DNA from: an uncultured virus (IMG/VR IMGVR_UViG_3300034418_003293)
Lineage: Duplodnaviria > Heunggongvirae > Uroviricota > Caudoviricetes
Direction: 5' to 3' (one strand)
IMG/VR virus record: IMGVR_UViG_3300034418_003293
Length of the DNA: 64,000 bases
Position 1 is the stretch's first letter; the number at the start of each line of letters is the position of its first letter. Shown piece after piece: positions 20,508-30,087 of this stretch. The notes under the pieces are model-generated. The model saw only the letters and a program-made list of their open reading frames with translations, did no database searches and had not been told where the DNA came from. The translations under genes and the position numbers were made by a program.

Positions 20508-20536
20508 TTGACACCATTTTATTTTCAAAGTATAAT
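20508..20536 (+). promoter_or_regulatory. sigma70-type promoter for gp55
   Basis: TTGACA(20508)-17 nt-TATAAT(20531). Confidence 0.8.
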
Positions 20537-20568
20537 CAATATTATGTTTAGGAGTAAGGAGTTTTTCA

Positions 20569-21060
20569 ATGCCTAAAGCAAAGGGTGAACATTACGTAGA
20601 TAATAAGAAGTTCTTTTCTGAAATGGTAAAGTATAAAAACGCATGTGAGAAAGCTGAATCATCAGATCTTGACAAACCACGACCAAATGATTATATTGGT
20701 AGTTGTATTATGAAAATAGCGTATAAACTTTCTAATAAACACAATTTTATAAATTACCCTTTCAAAGAAGATATGATTGCCGATGGTATTGAAAACAGTA
20801 TTATGTATATTGACAACTTCAATCCAGAAAAATCTAATAATCCATTTGCATACTTTACTCAAATAATCTATTATGCATTTTTACGTAGAATAGAAAAAGA
20901 AAAGAAAGTATTATATACAAAATACAAATCAACTGAAATGTTTAATCTTCAGAATGCTTTGAGTAGTGAGGATTTTGAATATATTAAATCCAGTGAAGCC
21001 GCAACAGAAAATGCTAGTATTTTTATTCGTGACTTTGAAGAAAAGAGGTTCAATAAGTGA
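20569..21060 (+). CDS. gp55: late sigma factor gp55
   Basis: HYVDNKKF, NFINYPFKEDMIADGIEN, NPFAYFTQIIYYAFLRRI. Confidence 0.95.
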   Translation: MPKAKGEHYVDNKKFFSEMVKYKNACEKAESSDLDKPRPNDYIGSCIMKIAYKLSNKHNFINYPFKEDMIADGIENSIMYIDNFNPEKSNNPFAYFTQIIYYAFLRRIEKEKKVLYTKYKSTEMFNLQNALSSEDFEYIKSSEAATENASIFIRDFEEKRFNK

Positions 21061-21163
21061 ATTAAAAATTGATGTGTTGACAAGAATGAGAAATGTTGGT
21101 ATGATTACTGATAAACAAGCAGTAAGATTAGTTCAAACCTCTTTTAGAAAGGAGAGTCGGTAA

Positions 21164-22229
21164 ATGCGTGTTGCACTTGTAACCGATACACACTTTTGGG
21201 GCTCGTAATGACAGCCAGATATTCGCTAGATATTTCTCTAAGTTTTGGAATGATATCTTTTTTCCTTATCTAGACGAACACAAAATTGATCATGTTATTC
21301 ATCTAGGAGATATCGTAGATCGTAGAAAATATATCAACTTCGTCTCAGCAAACAATCTAAAACAAGACTTCATCTATCCATTGATGGAACGTAATATCAA
21401 GTTCTGGTGTTTGATTGGCAATCATGATATCTTCTATCGAAACAGTCTTGATATCAATGCACTAGACCAACTATATGGTGATAACAATCTAATCAATCTC
21501 ATCGACAAACCAACAGAGTTACAACTAGGAGGTTGTGGTATTCTTTTGATGCCTTGGATTTGTACTGATAATTGGAATGAGTGTTGGGATGCGACAAAGA
21601 ATAGTAAGTGTCAAGTGATGATGGGTCATCTTGAATTGAATGGTTTCGAGATGCATCGTGGCGCTGTGTGCGATACAGGATTTGATCCAGAAGAATTTCA
21701 AAAGTTTGATATGGTCTTATCTGGTCATTTTCATCACAAATCTTCTTATGGAAACATTCACTATCTCGGCTGTCCATATGAGATTACATGGAGTGATTAT
21801 AATGACCAAAAGGGATTTCATATCTTTGATACAGAGACAAGAGAACTAGAATTCATTGAAAATCCATACTCAATGTTTTATCGTTTCGAGTATGATGACG
21901 TAGATATGAATATTGAAAAAATAGTTGACGAGATTGATTATGCCGGTTATAATGAAACATATATGAAGGTCATTGTCAAGAATAAGACTAATCCTTATAT
22001 GTTCGACGTGTTTATCGATAAATTAGAGAAGAGTGGCGTTCACAATATTCAGATTATCGAAGACATGTTGAATCTTGATATAGATAATGAAGATGATTTA
22101 ATTGATGAGGCAAAGTCAACGATGGAGATGTTGGAAACCTATGTCGATCAAATCGAAACAAAGTCAAATAAGAAACGTTTAAAGACACTATTCCATAATC
22201 TATATAACGAAGCATTGACACTGGAGTAA
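21164..22229 (+). CDS. gp47: recombination nuclease gp47 (Mre11/SbcD-like), frameshifted near 21194-21198
   Basis: MRVALVTDTHF in one frame; GARNDS...HLGDIVDRRK...GNHD...SGHFH in the +1 frame. Confidence 0.9.
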
Positions 22230-22232
22230 TAC

Positions 22233-23948
22233 TTGATTACGTTCAAGAAAATACGTTATAAAAATATTCTCAGTACAGGTAATGCTTTTACTGAGATTGA
22301 TTTCCTTCGTAATAAGACTACATTGATTATTGGTGAAAATGGAGCGGGTAAGAGTACTGTTCTGGACGCGCTATCTTTTGCTCTTTATGGTAAACCTTTT
22401 CGTAAGATTAACAAGCCACAACTTCTAAACTCTGTCAATCAAAAAGGATTGATTGTTGAGATTGAATTGGCGGTAGGTAAAAAAGAGTATATGATACGTC
22501 GTGGTATCAAACCAAATATTTTCGAAATTCATCAAAATGGTAATCTTATCAATCAAACAGCATCTATAAGAGACTATCAGGATTTTCTTGAAAAGAATAT
22601 TCTCAAGATGAATCATAAATCTTTTAGTCAAGTTGTTGTTCTTGGTTCTTCTACGTTTGTGCCGTTTATGCAATTGACTGCGGCTCAACGAAGAGAGGTG
22701 ATTGAGGATCTTCTAGACCTACAAATCTTTTCTACTATGAATAATCTATTAAAGGAAAAGATTCAGACATCTAAGAATGATATCCGGGAAACTCAATATC
22801 AAATCGACTTACTAGAGGAGAAGATAGAAATTGAAAACAATCATCTTAAATCAGTCGTCGCCGATGTCCAAAACACAATCGGTCAGAAAAAAGAAAAACT
22901 TCACGTATGCGAGGAAGCAATTGCTATACAAACTGGGACACTTGAACATCTTACGAGCGAAATTGGATCTCTGGAACGAGGAATCAGAGACAAGAACAAG
23001 ACTGAAATCCAAAAAGAAGAAATCCGCAATGTCGCTCAAAAGCTCCGGGATAAAGTAAAGAAAATCAATAAGGATATTCAATTCTTTGAACACTATGATA
23101 ATTGTCCAACATGTAAACAAGATATCTCTCAACACTTCAAAGATGAAGTTCTTATAGAGAAACGTGAATCCCTAGAAAAGACCGAGAATGGTATTAATGG
23201 ATTAAAAGAAAAGAGTGCCGAGTTACAGGAACGGCTAGATGAGATTGTAGAGGTTACTCTTCAGATTTCTGAACTAAATGAAAAGGTAAATGAATGCAAT
23301 CAACAGATTCGTATTAACAATCAGTTCATCACAGAATTAAATAATGAAATTTCTACGTTGACAGATAAGATGAATGATGTTAAACATGATAGTTCATCCG
23401 TTGATAAATTGAAAGGAGAAAAGAATCAGTATCAGAAACGCAAGGTAGATTTGAATGAAGAACAATCTATTTTTCGTGTAGGATCAGAGATGTTAAAAGA
23501 TAGTGGTATCAAGTCACGTATTATCAAACAATATGTGCCTTTGATGAATAAGTTTATTAATCACTATCTACAACATCTTGGTTTTTTCGTACAGTTTGAA
23601 TTAGATGAAAACTTTAACGAGAAAATCAAATCAAGGTTTCGCGATGAGTTCTCTTATGAGAGTTTTAGTGAAGGTGAGAAAATGCGTATCGACCTATCGC
23701 TTCTATTCACGTGGAGAACCATTGCGAAACTTCGAAATAGTGTCAGTACAAATCTTCTTATCATGGATGAAGTGTTTGATAGTTCTCTTGACAATAATGG
23801 TACAGAAGAGTTTCTAAAAATTCTTGAAGGGTTGACACAAGACACCAACACGTTTATAATTAGTCATAAGGGTGATATGATGATCGATAAGTTTAGAAAT
23901 ATCATTCGTTTTGAGAAACAACAAAACTTTTCAAGGATTGCGGCATGA
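22233..23948 (+). CDS. gp46: recombination ATPase gp46 (Rad50/SbcC-like)
   Basis: GENGAGKST, CPTC zinc hook, FSEGEKMRID, LIMDEVFDSSLD. Confidence 0.96.
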   Translation: MITFKKIRYKNILSTGNAFTEIDFLRNKTTLIIGENGAGKSTVLDALSFALYGKPFRKINKPQLLNSVNQKGLIVEIELAVGKKEYMIRRGIKPNIFEIHQNGNLINQTASIRDYQDFLEKNILKMNHKSFSQVVVLGSSTFVPFMQLTAAQRREVIEDLLDLQIFSTMNNLLKEKIQTSKNDIRETQYQIDLLEEKIEIENNHLKSVVADVQNTIGQKKEKLHVCEEAIAIQTGTLEHLTSEIGSLERGIRDKNKTEIQKEEIRNVAQKLRDKVKKINKDIQFFEHYDNCPTCKQDISQHFKDEVLIEKRESLEKTENGINGLKEKSAELQERLDEIVEVTLQISELNEKVNECNQQIRINNQFITELNNEISTLTDKMNDVKHDSSSVDKLKGEKNQYQKRKVDLNEEQSIFRVGSEMLKDSGIKSRIIKQYVPLMNKFINHYLQHLGFFVQFELDENFNEKIKSRFRDEFSYESFSEGEKMRIDLSLLFTWRTIAKLRNSVSTNLLIMDEVFDSSLDNNGTEEFLKILEGLTQDTNTFIISHKGDMMIDKFRNIIRFEKQQNFSRIAA

Positions 23949-24202
23949 AGGCGTGGGGTATTCTTATAAAGTATAACGGCGAAATCGGTGATTGGAATGG
24001 ACCGTGGTATAATAACATTACCCCAATAAGAGGTTTGACTAGACTTGGATATAGAACAAAGGAGGAAGCGGATACCTGGATAAAAAGAAATAATATGAAG
24101 AGTTGTGTGTCCAGAGAGTTTGAAGCCAGTGATTACTGTGTATATAGAGACGAACTCTTTGATAGGTGTGACTTTTGTGAATGTTGGAAGAAAAATGCTT
24201 GA
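23945..24202 (+). CDS. hypothetical protein
   Basis: ORF coupled to the gp46 stop; C-terminal Cys cluster. Confidence 0.5.
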   Translation: MKAWGILIKYNGEIGDWNGPWYNNITPIRGLTRLGYRTKEEADTWIKRNNMKSCVSREFEASDYCVYRDELFDRCDFCECWKKNA

Positions 24203-24348
24203 TGGTATGGAATGGGCACGGTGGGGATTTATTCGTTATGAGATTGTTATTCTAGAATTTGAATCTACAAAATATCCAGATAATGAATTGTTTCCTCAAA
24301 TGATTGATTTTTATAAAAAAGAGTTGAAGAAACTAGAGGATAAAATAA

Positions 24349-24828
24349 ATGACTGAGTCTAAAAAACTATGGAAGAGAGTAAAGAAAATGGATTTAGGTA
24401 ACCCTGTAATTACTGTTTTAGTTGGTATTGTAGTATTCTATATCGGGCTGAAGATGTTCAGTGGTGGTATGAAGAGTATGGGTAATATGGAACATTTTAA
24501 CTACTTTATTCACAATCCGTTATGGATGTTCTTAGGCGGTATTGTTATGACACTTCTCTGGCAATCGTCATCTCTTAGTACAACAGCAATCATTGCTCTT
24601 GTAGCATCAGGAGCAGTCCCTCTACCAGCAGCGATTGCTGCCGTACTTGGAGCCAATATTGGTACTACGGGTACAATCTGGATTGCAGGACTTCTGGTAT
24701 CTGATGGAATGCCAAAGGGTGATACACTTAGAATTGCTATGGCACATACTGGTGTCAATCTAGTAATGGCACTTTCTATGCTTCCATTTGTAAATCATAT
24801 TGCAAGGTTGTTGACAAGACTATCTTAG
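24349..24828 (+). CDS. Na+/Pi cotransporter-family (NptA/YjbB-like) membrane protein, single repeat
   Basis: GLKMFSGGM, TLLWQSSSLST, AAVLGANIGTT signature motifs. Confidence 0.8.
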   Translation: MTESKKLWKRVKKMDLGNPVITVLVGIVVFYIGLKMFSGGMKSMGNMEHFNYFIHNPLWMFLGGIVMTLLWQSSSLSTTAIIALVASGAVPLPAAIAAVLGANIGTTGTIWIAGLLVSDGMPKGDTLRIAMAHTGVNLVMALSMLPFVNHIARLLTRLS

Positions 24829-24837
24829 GAGTATATA

Positions 24838-25341
24838 ATGTTTACTAATGAATTGTTATATAAGACCACTGAACTATTTGATTTTGAAAATCCGCAGATG
24901 GATCCACATGAGTTGTATAATCTCTTAACAGATACGATGATTAAAGAACGTGGTGTAGGTCTATCAGCAAATCAGATTGGTCTTCCTTATCGAGTATTTG
25001 TAATGGGAGATCCTACAAATCGAGAATCTATCATTCCGGTATTCAATCCAACAATTGTTTTTCGTTCAGATGATACGATGACACTTGATGAAGGATGTTT
25101 GAGTTTTCCAGGTCTTTATATTAAGATTAAGAGACCCACATCCATTCGTGCTCGTATGACTACAATTGATGGTGAAACAGATACTGCTACGTTTGAAGGA
25201 TTCACGGCTAGAGTATTCCAGCACGAATATGACCATATGGAGGGATACGATTTCCGTAAGCGAGCAAATCGGTATCATCTAGATAAGGCAATGAAAGATT
25301 TAAGACTACTACAGAGAAGGAGAAAACAACGTGCAGCGTGA
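24838..25341 (+). CDS. def: peptide deformylase
   Basis: GVGLSANQIG, EGCLSFPG, QHEYDHMEG. Confidence 0.95.
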   Translation: MFTNELLYKTTELFDFENPQMDPHELYNLLTDTMIKERGVGLSANQIGLPYRVFVMGDPTNRESIIPVFNPTIVFRSDDTMTLDEGCLSFPGLYIKIKRPTSIRARMTTIDGETDTATFEGFTARVFQHEYDHMEGYDFRKRANRYHLDKAMKDLRLLQRRRKQRAA

Positions 25342-25708
25342 TGATTATCATGATTTCGTATTATCCGTGACCAGTGATTATAGTAAGAATCACGTATCTT
25401 TTCTAAGACGCATGGAAGAACTTTCCATGTTGGATAAAGTCAAGATTACTCATTTACTAACTGCTGCACTGGGTCTTACTGGTGAAGCAGGAGAGTTTGC
25501 TGATCATGTAAAAAAGATTTCTTTTCATGGAAAAGAACTTACGGACGAACTAAGAGACAAGATGATTCTTGAACTTGGTGATGTTATGTGGTATGTAATT
25601 CAAGCGTGCGAAGGGCTTGACATATCACTAGAAGATGTAGTACAATTAAACATTGATAAATTGAGTAAACGCCATGATGGTGGTTTTACAAAGGATTATA
25701 AGAGTTGA
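25331..25708 (+). CDS. mazG: MazG-like nucleotide pyrophosphohydrolase
   Basis: GLTGEAGEFADHVKK, ELGDVMWY. Confidence 0.9.
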   Translation: MQRDDYHDFVLSVTSDYSKNHVSFLRRMEELSMLDKVKITHLLTAALGLTGEAGEFADHVKKISFHGKELTDELRDKMILELGDVMWYVIQACEGLDISLEDVVQLNIDKLSKRHDGGFTKDYKS

Positions 25709-26835
25709 TTCTATCTCCAGAAGATGCTACCTATGCTGCTAATGTTTTCGTAGATTATTTTTCCAATTTCGGAAGAATTGATGATTATCTACGAAAAGTA
25801 AAATTAGAAAGAATGGAGAGTTATCCCACAGCTCTTCCAGGCATGGGTCCACAAGATGAAATGTTTTCAGATTTTTCTATAAATCCAAATGATATGGATT
25901 TTGAGTGTAGAGAAGTTACTAATGAAACTTTCATGTATTATTTGGAAGTTGTGACTTCTCATGCCATAGAGTCTTCTATACCAGGAAAATCTTTACGTTA
26001 CATTGTCTATGAAAAGAACACCAACAAGATTGTTGGATTTATTCGTATGGGTTCTCCTACTATCAACTCTAAGCCTCGTAATGAATTTCTAGGCAAACCA
26101 CTTGACACTCTTAATAAAGATGTAATGAAAAGATTCAATCAATCTTCTATTATGGGTTTCATTATTGTACCTACACAACCTTTTGGTTTTAATTATCTTG
26201 GTGGTAAATTGTTGGCTGCCATTTGTTGTTCACATCTTGTCAAAGATAAATTGAATGAAAAATATGGTGGTCCTTTTTGCATGTTTGAAACAACTTCTCT
26301 TTATGGATCTACCAAAGGTGCATCACAGTATGACGGTATGAAACCATTTCTTCGTTATAAAGGTAATACCGATTCGGACTTTGCGCCACTTATTAATGAT
26401 GAAAACTATCGTCGTTTAAGTGATTGGTTTATCGAAAGAAATAATGGTGAAAGTCTGGTACCAGAAGATGCATCTTCTCGTAAGTTAAAGACACAAACAA
26501 AAATGATTGCAATTATTAAATCTTCTTTGAAAAAATTTGACAAAAAAGAGCTTGACAAATTTACTACAGCATGTAATAATGCTAAAGGTTTGACAGAGAA
26601 GAAACGTCAATACATGTCAGACTATGGTTATGAAAACGTGAAAGAGTATCTTAACATGGAAACGGATACACTTATCAAAAAGGATAACTATGATCGTTAT
26701 AGTTTTGATGGTGTTGTCTCTTGGTGGAAGGATAAGGCTTCGAAAAGATTTGAATCTTTGAAGAACGATTCAAGAATTAGATCAGAAATCGAAGTCTGGA
26801 ATAATAATCCAGAATCTATTGACATCATTCGTTAA
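25705..26835 (+). CDS. DUF4338-like (DruA-related) protein
   Basis: GFIRMGSP, VPTQPFGFNYLGGKLLA, ETTSLYG motifs, recalled from this family. Confidence 0.6.
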   Translation: MILSPEDATYAANVFVDYFSNFGRIDDYLRKVKLERMESYPTALPGMGPQDEMFSDFSINPNDMDFECREVTNETFMYYLEVVTSHAIESSIPGKSLRYIVYEKNTNKIVGFIRMGSPTINSKPRNEFLGKPLDTLNKDVMKRFNQSSIMGFIIVPTQPFGFNYLGGKLLAAICCSHLVKDKLNEKYGGPFCMFETTSLYGSTKGASQYDGMKPFLRYKGNTDSDFAPLINDENYRRLSDWFIERNNGESLVPEDASSRKLKTQTKMIAIIKSSLKKFDKKELDKFTTACNNAKGLTEKKRQYMSDYGYENVKEYLNMETDTLIKKDNYDRYSFDGVVSWWKDKASKRFESLKNDSRIRSEIEVWNNNPESIDIIR

Positions 26836-26893
26836 ATGTGTTATACATAATAATCGTTTAAGACTAACTCTAGAAACTTGGAATACAAATAGT

Positions 26894-27413
26894 GATGACA
26901 TCGACATCATACGTTAATCATAAAAAATATATCAAACTTGCACCTAAACAGTATGAAGTTTGGGCTGAATGGATATTGGAGTATAAACAATACAAATATC
27001 CAGATGATCTTGAATTGGTTTCTGGTTTAATTAGAGACAACCTCACAACAGATTTTTGTCCACCAAAGTACAGAGCGAAAAACCTTGGCAATCCTTTGTT
27101 CGGACACTGTTACCATTCTACACAAGCAATGTACTATTTCTTTCAAGATGCGAATTTGAAAGTTATGAGTGCTCCATGCGAAGTAGCTGATCACCATTGG
27201 TGGTTACAGGATGGAGATACAATTATTGACGTTACTGGCGATCAGTATGAGTTGCTATCAGTTAATCCACCATATGAAAAAGGAAAGGAGAGCAAATGGT
27301 ATGGGTGGAAGAATAGACCACATCGTAAGACACAAAATCTTATGAAACTTATTCAACCATCTGCAAATTTATACTTTAAAAAATATAAAGAAAAACCAAA
27401 AAAAGAATACTAG
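26894..27413 (+). CDS. hypothetical protein
   Basis: GHCYHS...HHWWL...DVT, a possible Cys-His-Asp (papain/transglutaminase-like) triad; start uncertain. Confidence 0.5.
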
Positions 27414-27460
27414 TTACTTGACAACATCAAGTAGTTATGTTACTATACAAAAATAATAGT

Positions 27461-27534
27461 GCGGGTGTCGTATAATGGCATTACCTGAGATTTCCAATCT
27501 CATGACGGGGGTTCGATTCCCTCCACCCGCTCCA
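27461..27534 (+). tRNA. tRNA-Gly(TCC)
   Basis: GCGGGTG acceptor stem, TGAGA-TTTCCAA-TCTCA anticodon arm, GGTTCGATTCC T-arm, encoded CCA. Confidence 0.95.
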
Positions 27535-27582
27535 ACTACAAAACTCTATTTGTAATGTCATTTAACCTTGGAGGTATAAAGA

Positions 27583-28563
27583 ATGACAGTGTACTACAAG
27601 CACACAAATCTTGTGAAAACAAAACACGAAGAAGTTCTGGGATTTGACCCAGCTTCAAAAATCAAAGATGTATTTAAGATTACGATGACGCCAAATATGG
27701 CTCAATATATTCTTGACCATCTCAACAATAATAATCGAAAGATTGTCGAAGGACAGATTGCAGCTATTCGTAAAAGTGTTGCTAAAGTGGGTTGGTTGTG
27801 GGATGGCGGTGCCATCGTCTTCACAGTAGAAGGTAACATCATTGAATTTCAACATCGTCTGAAAGTTATTGTTGAAAATGATGAAAACGTTCAAGTGATT
27901 GTTGTTACTGGTGTTGATCCAGATGTCTTCATACAGGCCGCACCGGCTAAGAATCGCACTGTAACAGACGCAATCAATAAGGTAGATAAATCTGCTACTA
28001 GTGAAGAAGTAACTGTTCTTAGGCAGTTAATCAAGAGGCGAGCTGGCAAGAACGGCCAAGCTAAGGGCGCTCCAAAGTTGACAATGCAAACCGCAATGAA
28101 ACAGTGGAATGAATGGAAGACTTATATCCGAATTGGTATGAAGTTGACTTCCGATTTCTTTGCAGACAAAGCTGTTACAGAGTATAGTCCTTGGAAACGT
28201 CAGTTCAATGCATGGGCATCTCTTATGGTGTATAGAGGAAAGGGAGACTTGGTAAAGCCATTTCTTCACACATTCAAGCAACATAAGTTGAAAAAAGTAA
28301 ACTCGACTTTGTTTGCAGAATTTGAAAGTTTCCTAAAGGAAGATGGAATATTTCTTCTTGCTGGTGAGGAAAAGGCACGAATGATTCACATGATGTTGTG
28401 TCATGCAACTGATCGTTTCGCTCTTAACAATAGTGGTGATGTCCAGTTTAATCTCACTGTTGCTAAGGCTAATCATAGTGATATGCTTGCGAAGGGAACT
28501 TATCGTGATTTCTTGTTCAACCCGCAAGGATTGCCCTTTGAGGGTTTTGAAGAAGCAGCATAA
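27583..28563 (+). CDS. hypothetical protein with ParB/Srx-like N-terminal domain
   Basis: TPNMAQYIL...NNRKI...W..DG..I.F...G.IIEFQHRL resembles the DGQHRL motif; strong RBS GGAGG. Confidence 0.55.
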   Translation: MTVYYKHTNLVKTKHEEVLGFDPASKIKDVFKITMTPNMAQYILDHLNNNNRKIVEGQIAAIRKSVAKVGWLWDGGAIVFTVEGNIIEFQHRLKVIVENDENVQVIVVTGVDPDVFIQAAPAKNRTVTDAINKVDKSATSEEVTVLRQLIKRRAGKNGQAKGAPKLTMQTAMKQWNEWKTYIRIGMKLTSDFFADKAVTEYSPWKRQFNAWASLMVYRGKGDLVKPFLHTFKQHKLKKVNSTLFAEFESFLKEDGIFLLAGEEKARMIHMMLCHATDRFALNNSGDVQFNLTVAKANHSDMLAKGTYRDFLFNPQGLPFEGFEEAA

Positions 28564-28570
28564 TTAAAAC

Positions 28571-28611
28571 TTGACAAAAATACCAAAGTTTGGTATTATA
28601 TAAACATGATG
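28571..28611 (+). promoter_or_regulatory. early sigma70-type promoter, repeated at 28893
   Basis: TTGACAAAAATACCAAAGTTTGGTATTATATAAACATGATG is identical at 28571 and 28893. Confidence 0.8.
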
Positions 28612-28647
28612 TACGAAAATGATAAAATGCCAAAGAGTTTTTGGGTT

Positions 28648-28765
28648 GGAACCGAGCCTCCTTTCGAGTCCTGTAGTGGTCTAGGACTTTCAAGTATATG
28701 ATGCCATTTTATGTTGGTCCCCTCTAGTTATTCGCCAACATAAATCATGGTTAAAAACCGGTTCC
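28648..28765 (+). ncRNA. candidate structured RNA
   Basis: Closing stem GGAACCG/CGGTTCC encloses hairpins AGTCCT/AGGACT and TTTATGTTGG/CCAACATAAA; lies between a promoter and a tRNA. Confidence 0.4.
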
Positions 28766-28803
28766 GTAATATATAAGGTTGTAATCATATAAAACCATAT
28801 GGT

Positions 28804-28877
28804 GCGGGTGTCGTATAATGGCATTACCTGAGATCTCCAATCTCATGACGGGGGTTCGATTCCCTCCACCCGCTCCA
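28804..28877 (+). tRNA. second tRNA-Gly(TCC) copy with U33C change
   Basis: Identical to 27461-27534 except the anticodon loop TCTCCAA. Confidence 0.85.
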
Positions 28878-28950
28878 AAAATTTAAAAACGCTTGACAAA
28901 AATACCAAAGTTTGGTATTATATAAACATGATGAACGAAGGAGTGAACTT

Positions 28951-29250
28951 ATGTCTGAGATGATTGACTATAAATTTGACGAAGACCGTCTAATTTCCGA
29001 ATTGAAAGACTATATAGATAGTACATATGATGCACACTACTCGCAAACAAAGTTTCAAGCAACAGAGTTTATTTTTGACTCTGGTCATGGAATGGGTTTT
29101 TGTATCGGTAACGTTTTGAAGTATGCTCAACGATATGGACGTAAAGATGGTTACAATAGAAAAGACTTGATGAAAGTCTTGCATTATGCTATGATGGCAT
29201 TACATTTACATGATAAGGAGGATTTGAGTGGAAATTCAAGTAACAGTTGA
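28951..29250 (+). CDS. DUF3310-like protein
   Basis: HY...GFCIGNVLKYAQRYGRKDG..DLMKVLHY. Confidence 0.7.
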   Translation: MSEMIDYKFDEDRLISELKDYIDSTYDAHYSQTKFQATEFIFDSGHGMGFCIGNVLKYAQRYGRKDGYNRKDLMKVLHYAMMALHLHDKEDLSGNSSNS

Positions 29251-30079
29251 AGAGTTGCGAAAAAGAAAGATTATGGTTTGTACTCCAATGTATGGAGCCA
29301 TGTGTACTGGTCAGTATTCAAAATCTTGTACTGATTTAGGTATCATGGCTACTAATTATGGAGTACAGTTAGGATTTCATTATCTTTTCAATGAATCTCT
29401 TATCACCCGCGCAAGGAACTATCTAGTAGACGAGTTTATGCGTTCTGATATGACGCATCTTATGTTTATCGATAGTGACATTGGATTTGATCCAAACGAC
29501 GTTCTAGCAATGGCTGCTATCGCTGATCCAGAGTCAGATAAAGATATTGTTTGTGCACCATATCCAAAAAAGACTATTGCTTGGGAAAAGATTAAACGTG
29601 CAGTAGATAAAGGATTTGCTGACGAAAATCCAAATAAACTAGAAAAGTTCGTCGGAGACTTTGTTTTCAATCCAGCCCCAGGAACTGATCAACTCCGTGT
29701 TGATGAACCGGTAGAAGTACTAGAAGGTGGTACTGGATTTATGATTGTTCAACGGCACGTATTTGAAAAATATACCGATGCCTATCCAGAACTACTATAT
29801 ACACCAGATCACGTTAGAACTAAACATTTTGATGGTTCGCGTCAAATTATGGCATTCTTTGATACAGTAATTTGTCCAGATTCAAATAGATACTTATCAG
29901 AAGATTACATGTTTTGTCAATGGGCTAGAAACATTGGCATTAAAGTGTGGATGTGTCCTTGGATGCGTCTAACACATATGGGATCCTACATGTTTGGTGG
30001 TTCCCTCGTCGATTTAGCACAAGTAGGAGCTGCGGCAACTGCTGATGCTGAATTACTCTCTAAATATGCAAAAAAGTGA
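29228..30079 (+). CDS. glycosyltransferase-like (GT-A) protein
   Basis: ESLITRARN, LMFIDSDI (DxD), GTGFM, LSEDYMFC. Confidence 0.7.
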   Translation: MEIQVTVEELRKRKIMVCTPMYGAMCTGQYSKSCTDLGIMATNYGVQLGFHYLFNESLITRARNYLVDEFMRSDMTHLMFIDSDIGFDPNDVLAMAAIADPESDKDIVCAPYPKKTIAWEKIKRAVDKGFADENPNKLEKFVGDFVFNPAPGTDQLRVDEPVEVLEGGTGFMIVQRHVFEKYTDAYPELLYTPDHVRTKHFDGSRQIMAFFDTVICPDSNRYLSEDYMFCQWARNIGIKVWMCPWMRLTHMGSYMFGGSLVDLAQVGAAATADAELLSKYAKK

Positions 30080-30087
30080 GGTAAATT

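Noticed and set aside
20966..21163. 65-aa ORF between gp55 and gp47
   Set aside because: Largely overlaps gp55 and has no recognisable motif; a shorter ORF from GTG 21057 is possible but unsupported
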